Shown one piece after another: positions 31,827 to 39,910 of a stretch of 64,000 bases of DNA (position 1 is the first letter of the stretch; every line of letters starts with the position of its first letter). The notes beneath the pieces were generated by a model. The model was not told the origin of the DNA, searched no databases, and was given only the letters and a program-made list of their open reading frames with translations. The stretch comes from Epithemia pelagica (taxonomy: Eukaryota > Protista > Bacillariophyta), in contig OX337240.1 in assembly GCA_946965045.2 (NCBI GenBank), positions 868,001 to 932,000 of the forward strand, in the 5' to 3' direction. The translations under genes were made by a program, and so were the position numbers.

Positions 31827-32387
31827 ATGGCACCGATTGGAAAGGAAGGTTGGATTCCCTGGCGCAAGAGCGCAACTCGAGCTCTCATCGTTTCTGAGTT
31901 GGAAAGCGGTGGCATTCCACTCACGCATGCAATTGGAGTCACGGCCGAAGATGTTTGGAGCAAGTACAAGGATCATGAAACTGTTGTGTCCGAGAAAGTG
32001 GTCAAGGAGCAGTTTCTTCTCCGTCTCAGGGACCACCAGAAACAAGTAGCTATCAAGAAACAATGTTCCTCACGTGAGGAAATCGCCCTCCGTCACGACC
32101 TTGCCATGCATCCTCCTCTCTGTCGCAACGCCTTCGGCCGTCCATTCTGGAACGGCTCTGATGCACAGAATTTTCTGGAACAAGATGTCTTCAACCGAGT
32201 TTATGAACGCATGCATGTTGGCCTGCTCTACCTCAGCCGCCCTGAGTACCAGGAGTTTCCGATGCGTTTGTTCCGTCATCATCTCTACCAAGAGATCAAA
32301 CGCCAGAAGTTTATCTGTTTCCTTGAAATGAAGCGGGCCCAGAAACTAGCCACCAAGCGAGCCAAAGATCAGACCCGTAGCTCTTAA
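31827..32387 (+). CDS. Element ORF-D: 186 aa basic helical protein with two W-x2-S-led repeats
   Basis: ATG ORF. WRKSATRALIVSEL...FLLRLRDHQKQ and WNGSDAQNFLEQDV...FRHHLYQEIKRQ resemble each other. Confidence 0.75.
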   Translation: MAPIGKEGWIPWRKSATRALIVSELESGGIPLTHAIGVTAEDVWSKYKDHETVVSEKVVKEQFLLRLRDHQKQVAIKKQCSSREEIALRHDLAMHPPLCRNAFGRPFWNGSDAQNFLEQDVFNRVYERMHVGLLYLSRPEYQEFPMRLFRHHLYQEIKRQKFICFLEMKRAQKLATKRAKDQTRSS

Positions 32388-32458
32388 AGTAAATTGGTTG
32401 ATTGTTGTGCCATTCCTCTAGTTTGTCTTCGTAGTCTTTTGTACAGTTGTTCGTAATC

Positions 32459-33046
32459 TTTGTCCAGTTGTCGAGTTGTCGAGTTGTCGAGTTGTCGAGT
32501 TGTCCAGTTGTCCAGTTGTCCAGTTGTCCAGTTGTCCAGTTGTCCAGTTGTCCAGTTGTCCAGTTCGTTGTCCAGTTGTCCAGTTGTCCAGTTCGATTTG
32601 TCCAGTTGTCCAGTTGTCCAGTTCAATCGCTGATTGTCAAGTTCAGTTTTGTGTTTCCCGCAGGTCATGTTAATACGAATCGACATCCCCCGGCTCCCCA
32701 ACTTGTCATATATTGTACTATTCTACAGTAGAATTTTTCTGAACGGATCGTATCTTCTGGAGTACTTAGCGATCAAATTTTCAAGTCCGCACATACGGGA
32801 TCAAAAGTATCGATCAGACCCTGTCACGCCCATCGCTACAGGACTAACATTTCTCCGTTGAGTTGGTCGTGTACAGAAAATCGCGATAAGTATCCATGTC
32901 CAGTTATATTGCCCCATTTGTCCCTTCCGGACAACGTCACGAACCGAACTAGACTAGAGAGCTCTAAGCCTGAATAGCTAGAGGACAAGAAGTGTCTCCT
33001 AGCAATCGAGTCTATATGTCCCCAACGACATAATTCCGAGTGTTCC
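32459..33046 (-). repeat. Right inverted-repeat arm with a (TTGTCCAG)n array (about 19 units, 32459-32624; four TTGTCGAG variants)
   Basis: Reverse complement matches the left arm, including the array interruptions ATCGAA and CGAA at the same positions. Confidence 0.9.
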
Positions 33047-33164
33047 TGAGGAGATACCGATAATCGACAGGTAGCAAAAAGGATAGGAGTAAGGGATAGG
33101 ACGGCTATCACCTTAGCTTACCTCTAGCTATTAGTCTATAGCTCTAGAGGCGTCACATGTCATA

Positions 33165-33545
33165 CAGGGCTGTGCACTATTCAATTTATGCATATATATT
33201 TTCTATTAAATTGAATAAATTTAGTTATTTTTCCTTGACAAAAATTAAAATTTATCTGAAATATATTTAGGGTTAGGGTTATCCCTAATTTGGTGGGGTA
33301 GCAATGTAGGCACGGGAGAATCTGATAGAGCTGTGCCCTAACCTTAACCCTAACCCCCAATCTATTCCTAAATATTCGAATATTAAGTGAATAAATCTAT
33401 TTTTAAATATATTTCTAGTTCAGTGACAATCTATCTATGGTAGGAGTATCTATTTATTCGCTAGGTAGGAATATATCTACTCCTATCTATCTATTCCACT
33501 ACTGAATTTGGGAATAGATTAAAAATTGAATTTGACACAGCCCTG
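33165..33545. mobile_element. 381 bp AT-rich MITE, hAT-type
   Basis: TIR CAGGGCTGTGcactATTCAATTT versus CAGGGCTGTGtcaaATTCAATTT (reverse complement of the right end). Perfect 8 bp TSD ATGTCATA at 33157-33164 and 33546-33553. CAG-initial TIRs with 8 bp TSDs are hAT hallmarks. Confidence 0.92.
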
Positions 33546-33566
33546 ATGTCATATGTTCTCTCGACC

Positions 33567-34886
33567 ATGACAGTGTCGTCTTCTTGGCGCACGGCAGCAG
33601 CACGAATTAGTACCACCACAACCAGGTCCACAATGAACACTAATAGAAGGATCGCAAGAGGAGGCCTGACTCGTCCCCTGCTACAACGTCCTGGTTCCAT
33701 CGGCTGGAATCGATCCTTCACCACGGTTCCTCCACAACAGCCGTCGTGTGGTGGTCCTCGGGTGCGTTTGTATGGAGTTCCCTTGTCACAGCCCTTCCGA
33801 TCCGTGGCCTGGGCACTCTTGTTGCTCAAGGTACCCTTTGAATTGATTGTGACAGTTCCAGGACAAAAGGATTCCTCCTCCTCCATTGTGGGTGCCCGAG
33901 ATTCCCAGTTTCGGCAAAAGACACGAGCCCGGTCCATTACAGTCCCCTTGTTGGAAATTCTTGCACCGTCGTTGGACACACCCGAGATTGATTCTACAGC
34001 AACCACAACAATAACGACAACAATGACAAGCACAAGCCACCCCCAACCAGAGGATCCAAACACTGGTTTGTCCTCGTCATCGTCGTCATCTTCGTATGGC
34101 GCCATTACGGAAAGTGGTGCCATTTTGATGCATGTTTGTGAACAATGGGATACGTCGGGAGTCTGGTATGGTCGTTCGGGTACCTTGTTTAAGGCTACCA
34201 TTGATTCGTATTGTCATTGGCATCATACCAATACCCGAACGTTGGGACGTTTGGCCAGTCAATATTTTTTAAACGCCAAGTCCCCCACCACAACCACGGC
34301 AGATGCCACGGAACACGAAGAAATGCACAAAATTTTGCATCGTCTCGAACATGGATGGTTGTCGCGGACGACAACGACGACGACAACAAGCACCGAACCA
34401 ATACTGTCGGATCACACCACTGCACTGGACAACGAGAACGACAACGGCCAACCAGACTTGTTTCTCGCGGGTGGATCGCATCCCTCCATTGCCGATTTGC
34501 TGTGTTATTGCGAAGTGGTTCAAGTCGTCTGGACTGGGTTGGTACTCCCTGGTCCGTCCAACGACGACAAAAACAACAACAGCAACAACAGCCAAAATCA
34601 CTCCAACGATAGCCTCCATTCCCTTTCCCAACAGTATCCTCGTCTCGGGGCCTGGATGCAACGCATGCAACAATTGCCCTACCATGATCCCGTTCATGCC
34701 GCCTTATTTCATTTGGGACGGATCCGTTCACCACACAACCAAACGAATGATGACAACCAAGTGCCCTGGCCCAAACGATTGGCCCGTGCCAACAAGGCAG
34801 GCATTCAAGCCTTACATGAGGCTCAACATGACAAACTCGGCAACTCTACAACAACGACGGCAGGTACTCCTCGGTCCAAACTCTAA
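33567..34886 (+). CDS. Glutathione S-transferase (theta-like) with an Arg/Ser/Thr-rich, mitochondrial-transit-like N-terminus
   Basis: LYGVPLSQPFRSVAW, ITESGAIL and SIADLLCYCEV. The ORF track starts at 33546, which is the MITE TSD. Confidence 0.82.
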   Translation: MTVSSSWRTAAARISTTTTRSTMNTNRRIARGGLTRPLLQRPGSIGWNRSFTTVPPQQPSCGGPRVRLYGVPLSQPFRSVAWALLLLKVPFELIVTVPGQKDSSSSIVGARDSQFRQKTRARSITVPLLEILAPSLDTPEIDSTATTTITTTMTSTSHPQPEDPNTGLSSSSSSSSYGAITESGAILMHVCEQWDTSGVWYGRSGTLFKATIDSYCHWHHTNTRTLGRLASQYFLNAKSPTTTTADATEHEEMHKILHRLEHGWLSRTTTTTTTSTEPILSDHTTALDNENDNGQPDLFLAGGSHPSIADLLCYCEVVQVVWTGLVLPGPSNDDKNNNSNNSQNHSNDSLHSLSQQYPRLGAWMQRMQQLPYHDPVHAALFHLGRIRSPHNQTNDDNQVPWPKRLARANKAGIQALHEAQHDKLGNSTTTTAGTPRSKL

Positions 34887-35353
34887 AAGAGGTTATTGAT
34901 GTGGGGACAAAGACTACAATCTTGCATGCTCTGTCAACACGGGATCGACCATTCGAAACGATCATGCACGACGCAACATATCATTGGACACACAAGACAT
35001 GGATACAGATATACAGTTTGTCATCCTGTTGTAAATTCTTTTGTAGAAATAATGAAACACCAAATCGCGTTTCGATAAAGTATATCTCTGTGAGCTTTTG
35101 GTGTACCAACAGGCCCGTGCACATTGGGAGTGTGGGAGAAAGGGGAATTGTGGTGTCGATGATTCTCTTGAGAGAAAGAGAGAATTCCACCCTCAACGAC
35201 AGACGAGAATCAAAGACCACACCGTCTAGGTAGCGTCATAAGTCTGCATTGGCAGGTAGTCAACAGAATGAAAAAAGCGCCTTCTCCCTCTCCTAGAAAT
35301 CGGCCAGTTGCAGTTCGTAGGGTTGTCGTTGTAGCATGTTGCGTCATTTTCAT

Positions 35354-38300
35354 CTATGTTGGTGGTGGAGGAGGCTGTTGTTGTGGTTGTTGTTGTTGTA
35401 ATTTGATGAGTTGTTGGGTGACGGCACCAATGGCTTCGGGTGCAAAGTCGACACGAAGTGCCATGGTTTGTCCAACTTGGTCGGGTGTCAAGACTGCGGA
35501 ACCCGGAGTTCCATGGTACATGAGCCATTCAGCCGGTTGTTCCATTTGCAACAGGGCCACAACTTGATGTAAGGGTTCCCAATGCGCCATCAACGATGAC
35601 GACGACGAGGCCATGGGAACGGCCGTCGCAGCCGGATGATTGTTGTTCATGTTGTTGGATGTGGAAGAGTTTGAATGACTAGATGGCGTTGCACAGCGTT
35701 CGATATACGTTTGAATCATTCGCACTTGTTTCGATAACAAGAGAGATCCCCAATCGGTAAAGCGTTTTTCCAACCGCCACAAGGCGGTAAGAATCACATG
35801 AACGACACGATCCACCAAATGTTCCGCCAAGCGGACCAAAACCTGCGGTTCCAATCGTGTGGCAATTTGTTGCAAAAATATATAGGATTCCAGTGGACCC
35901 ATGAGTTCCGTGGCCAACCGCTCGTCTCGTTCCAATTGTTGCAATTGCTTGGCATCAATCTGGTACGATTCGTGGGCCACAAATGCACCAATATGGTCCA
36001 AACACAACCCATTGCCACTAATCAATACACCGGCACTGTCCTTTCCATTCTCGTCATTGTCCGGCAAGATTTTGGCATATTCTCCCACAAGTTCCTTGAC
36101 TTTTTGCGTCTGTATGGAATCGTACGTGTTGGCATATCGAAACAATTCTTCTCGTGTCAATTGGATCATGGCAATGGCCTTTTCATCTTCGGTGGACCAT
36201 GCAATCTTGTCTTCCTGTGGTGGCACGGATGGGAGGTCCTCCGAACCAGGATGCGGAGCGTCTGTACGGGCGGCTGCATCATTCGTGGTAGTGGATTCCT
36301 GAAGCAATCCATCCAAGTATTCGACAAGGGATCGACAGGCCTCCGCGGCGGCGTGAATGCCATTGAGGGCACAGAATTTGGCATGCATTTGCATCAAGCG
36401 CGATCCAGCACTACTACTACCAGTTCCACTCAGAGAAGTGAGAGCGGCCAAGAAATTTCCCGACGACGGATGGCTGCGACTTGTTGTCTTATTAGTATTG
36501 GATGGGGCAGACGTTGTGGTTTTCTTCTTTGTGGATGCGGTCGCTCCCATGTCTTGATCCAAGGCATCTAATAAGGCTGATGCAAAAGTATTGGTGGACG
36601 GTGGTGCGGATACGGATGATTCGGATGGTTTACTATTCGTCGTCGTCGTGCCCTCGTCATTGTTCGGTTCATCCGTGTCAGGGGTCATCCAACACCCTCG
36701 TTGTTCGTAAAAGAGCGCCCGATGGACACCGCCGCCCAAGGATGATGATAGATTGTCGTCATCCTGGTCGGTGGACCAAACATCATGGGCAATGGCATGG
36801 GCGACGGTTCCCATGGCGGAGAGGGCTTGTGTGGAGGCGGCACGTTCCAGGGCGCGCGTCGACAAGTAGTGGGCATCTTCCACGACAGACGGCACATAAA
36901 TCAAGGTCCCCATGACAATCTGAATGGGTTGGGCCACACTCTTGGCCTTGTGCCATTGCTGGACCGCCAAAAATCGTTCCAAGGCGGCATACTTCCAGGA
37001 CCATTCGGGTAATAATTGTTGGGAAATGACAGTCGTCGTCGTCGTCGTCGTAGCAGTAGAAGTATTGGAGGAGGAAGAGGATGTCTCGTGTGGCATGGTT
37101 TGGATCGAGTCCTGGTAGTGGTGGTTGTTGCGAAGGAGTGTTTGGTATTGTGCCATTAACAAACACGCCAAGGCCATTTCATCCACCAACCCATCCAAAA
37201 ATCCCAAATCCGGTGGATTCTCATTGTTTTCTACGGGGGCGCCGGTAGTAGCAGCGACTGCACTTTGTTGCATGAAGGAATCCACCGGTCGGTCCGTCCA
37301 AAACCAGTCCGACACGGTTTGGCACAGTTCTTGGGCCTGCTGATTCAAGACTTGAATGGAAGTGACACACATGCGATGGAGTGGTTCCGTCACAACCCCC
37401 GTGGCGTCCTGATTGTTGTTGTCGTTGTCATTGTCATTGTCATTGTCATTGTCGTGGGATGGTGGTAGTGGAGGCGGCAAATTCACCAACCAGGCTACCA
37501 AAGGATGAATCAGAGCCGCCGCTTGACCCAACAGGACCGCCAAGGCATTGGCATGATGTTTCTCATAGACTACGACTGCTGCTGTTCCAGTCGTGTGCGC
37601 CGTGGAGGATACGGCGCCCATCGTGTGGTCCTCCTCCTCCCCATCGTCATTGTACACTTGCACATTCGGGGGAGGTGGAGCGTGCGACGACGACAATGTG
37701 GCGTCAGCCAAGCCTCGTTTTCGTTCTTGCACCAATTGCCAAATGGCCGGTTTGATGCGGGTCCGAAAGGTTTGTCGTTGAAAGGAAACGTAGGATTGTA
37801 CCACTTCGTCTACTGTGGGCAGCAGCACTCCACCCCCGACGTGGGTGGTGGTGGAGGATGTCGCCGGTACAGGCATTCTGGGTGGTGGTGATGGTTGTGG
37901 TAGTTGTTGCAGGAGCAATCGGAGTACGAGTTCGGTCGTTTGTGCCACGGCTCCTTGATAGGCCCGCAACAAATCATCGACGGCTTCGGGAGAAGCGTCC
38001 AATGGCTCTCCTCCTCCTGTAGTTCCATGACGACCACCATGACGACGACTGTCTCCGGATTGACTGTGTTCACTGATATCGAGGGGTGATGGTTCGGTGA
38101 TTGGCATCATGACGTGGACCAGCAACTCATGGGCGGTTGCAATGGTTTTGGATTGCACATGTCGAAACAAGTCGGCTTCGACCGATTGCGGATCGGCCCG
38201 ATCGGCTGTCCATCGAGCCAATTGATCCAAGGATGGGACAAGGGCTTCCAACTCGGCCTGAACGTGCAACACGTCGTCCACTTCCAAGGGTGAATGGTTC

Positions 38301-38524
38301 CTGGTAGTAGCAGTCGCAGTGGTGGTGGTGGTGGTGGTGGTGGTTGTAGATCCTCCTCCTCCTTGTGGTTGTGGTCGGGGTCGTCTTGGTTCCGTGCTAC
38401 GACGGAGTTCCTCCAATCCCATGAGTAGTTGGGCCATGACATCCGAAAACTCGGCCGAAGGTGGTGCCATGGAAGACGGCGAACCGACCGGGTCGTCGAC
38501 CGATTCCTCCTGGTTGCCAAACAT
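35354..38524 (-). CDS. COG4: Conserved oligomeric Golgi complex subunit 4-like
   Basis: C-terminal RFTDWGSLLLSKQVR, LHQVVALLQMEQ and LT...MALRVDF; central VVEDAHYLSTRALERA. Confidence 0.75.
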   Translation of the reverse strand: MFGNQEESVDDPVGSPSSMAPPSAEFSDVMAQLLMGLEELRRSTEPRRPRPQPQGGGGSTTTTTTTTTTATATTRNHSPLEVDDVLHVQAELEALVPSLDQLARWTADRADPQSVEADLFRHVQSKTIATAHELLVHVMMPITEPSPLDISEHSQSGDSRRHGGRHGTTGGGEPLDASPEAVDDLLRAYQGAVAQTTELVLRLLLQQLPQPSPPPRMPVPATSSTTTHVGGGVLLPTVDEVVQSYVSFQRQTFRTRIKPAIWQLVQERKRGLADATLSSSHAPPPPNVQVYNDDGEEEDHTMGAVSSTAHTTGTAAVVVYEKHHANALAVLLGQAAALIHPLVAWLVNLPPPLPPSHDNDNDNDNDNDNNNQDATGVVTEPLHRMCVTSIQVLNQQAQELCQTVSDWFWTDRPVDSFMQQSAVAATTGAPVENNENPPDLGFLDGLVDEMALACLLMAQYQTLLRNNHHYQDSIQTMPHETSSSSSNTSTATTTTTTTVISQQLLPEWSWKYAALERFLAVQQWHKAKSVAQPIQIVMGTLIYVPSVVEDAHYLSTRALERAASTQALSAMGTVAHAIAHDVWSTDQDDDNLSSSLGGGVHRALFYEQRGCWMTPDTDEPNNDEGTTTTNSKPSESSVSAPPSTNTFASALLDALDQDMGATASTKKKTTTSAPSNTNKTTSRSHPSSGNFLAALTSLSGTGSSSAGSRLMQMHAKFCALNGIHAAAEACRSLVEYLDGLLQESTTTNDAAARTDAPHPGSEDLPSVPPQEDKIAWSTEDEKAIAMIQLTREELFRYANTYDSIQTQKVKELVGEYAKILPDNDENGKDSAGVLISGNGLCLDHIGAFVAHESYQIDAKQLQQLERDERLATELMGPLESYIFLQQIATRLEPQVLVRLAEHLVDRVVHVILTALWRLEKRFTDWGSLLLSKQVRMIQTYIERCATPSSHSNSSTSNNMNNNHPAATAVPMASSSSSLMAHWEPLHQVVALLQMEQPAEWLMYHGTPGSAVLTPDQVGQTMALRVDFAPEAIGAVTQQLIKLQQQQPQQQPPPPPT

Positions 38525-38894
38525 GAGAAGCTATGAAACGTCTCACAGAGTACAACAAAAAGCAGAGAGAGAGAGAGAGAGAGAGAGACAGCACTCGAAT
38601 GAATAGCACTGCTATCCGAACCAGCAACAACGTCGTTGGGCGTCGTCGTGACGCTCTCTTTTGTTGGTGCCGTTCCCAGAGTCATTGTCCATCTCGTCTC
38701 GTCCTCGCCGAAAAAAGTGGGTCGCGTATAGTCGCTTATAGATCGCATAAAATGGAGGACACGTTTTTCGGAAGCAATGACGTGGATCGATGGGCACCAT
38801 GATATGAGAGATGATGGGTTCATGGCAAACGAAGAACACTATCCTCTCGTCGCTCGTTTGCTGTTGTAAATAGTATTGAATCCGAATCAGAAGA

Positions 38895-39740
38895 ATGCAG
38901 CTGTTGCTCTCCAGTGTTTTGATTCTTTCCTCGATTCCACCCTTGTTGGGATTCGTAGCCATTGACCACAACAACGCGGTCCTCCAACCGCATCACCAAC
39001 ACCAACACCACCATCATGCGTCTCTGGCTCTCCACATGGCCAACGACGACAACGACGACAACAACGACAATGAAAAGCGCGTGACCTTGTATGGTCATCC
39101 CGGTACACGATCTCCCTTGGTCAATTGGGCCTGTCATGAATTGGGTGTCACGGTCGAAATGGGCGACTTGCGTCACAATCCTCATCCCTTTGGTCAAATT
39201 CCATGTTTGGTCGACAACAGCAACAAGAATGCCATGCTCTTTGAATCCGGTGCCATTTTGGCCTACTTGATTCAACACTATAGTAGTGACGCCGTGTCAA
39301 CCGCCGAACGAGCCGCCATTTTGTCGTGGATTGTCTGGGCCAATGCCTCGTTGGATCCCATTTGCTTTTTGGAAACACCAGACGGCAAGGTCTACGATAC
39401 GGGCTTGAAACAACCCAACAAACGCATGGACCGTCTCGAACAACTTCTCCTCCTCCAACAGCAACAACAACAAGACAACGACAACCAGGAACTCTGTTTG
39501 GTTCCCAGTGTAGGCTTTTCCGTGGCCGATGTGGCCGTCACATCCTATCTCTTGTATGTCCTTCAATTTTTTCCCCAAGTGGACCTGTCGACGAAATGGC
39601 CCACGATTGTCCAATACATGAAGGAGGCTGCCAGTCGACCCACCTATGCACAAGCCTTTGGACAAGATCTTCAAACCTACCTCGTCGACAAGCTTTCCTC
39701 CTCCACGACTCCTTCCCAGAAACTCTTTGGCATGTTTTAA
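38895..39740 (+). CDS. Glutathione S-transferase family protein with a likely bipartite plastid-targeting sequence
   Basis: LYGHPGTRSPLVNW, HPFGQIP, LFESGAIL and FSVADVA. A signal peptide ends ...PLLG/F, with Phe at +1. Confidence 0.88.
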   Translation: MQLLLSSVLILSSIPPLLGFVAIDHNNAVLQPHHQHQHHHHASLALHMANDDNDDNNDNEKRVTLYGHPGTRSPLVNWACHELGVTVEMGDLRHNPHPFGQIPCLVDNSNKNAMLFESGAILAYLIQHYSSDAVSTAERAAILSWIVWANASLDPICFLETPDGKVYDTGLKQPNKRMDRLEQLLLLQQQQQQDNDNQELCLVPSVGFSVADVAVTSYLLYVLQFFPQVDLSTKWPTIVQYMKEAASRPTYAQAFGQDLQTYLVDKLSSSTTPSQKLFGMF

Positions 39741-39910
39741 TGCAGCCAATACTACTTTACTAGTTTTTTAGATGGATATACGTCTTCTTCTAGTAGGTAA
39801 TAATAGGTTACAGTGTGGTAGTCGAACGAGCTGGTGGTTCTATATATAGAAAAGTTGCAGGATTGCTCGTAGCATGGTTCTTGCGTGACGTGCGTCCCGT
39901 CCAGGTTCGG

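Larger units (their letters stand above)
24915..32142 (+). repeat. Tandem duplication, unit 3614 bp (24915-28528 and 28529-32142)
   Basis: All ORF-track translations in several frames are identical at a constant +3614 offset. Breakpoints were read directly from the sequence. Confidence 0.95.
23769..33046. mobile_element. Four-gene DNA transposon-like element with a PIF/Harbinger-ISL2EU-type transposase and long imperfect inverted repeats; exact termini and TSD not found
   Basis: Inverted homology between 23769-24336 and 32459-33046, a DDE transposase inside, and three unknown ORFs. Weak similarity fades out about 30 bp further on each side. Confidence 0.75.

Noticed and set aside
23740-33080. 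Defined termini and a TWA/AT TSD for the large element
   Set aside because: Arm similarity fades gradually past 23769/33046 and the flanking bases (CCT versus TGA) do not form a duplication, so the boundaries are left approximate.
33267-33356. True chromosome end or fusion scar
   Set aside because: Only 2-3 imperfect units, lying inside a TSD-flanked MITE.
38563-38590. (AG)n, (CAA)n at 52684-52713 and many trinucleotide runs
   Set aside because: Ordinary microsatellites and low-complexity coding typical of these genes.
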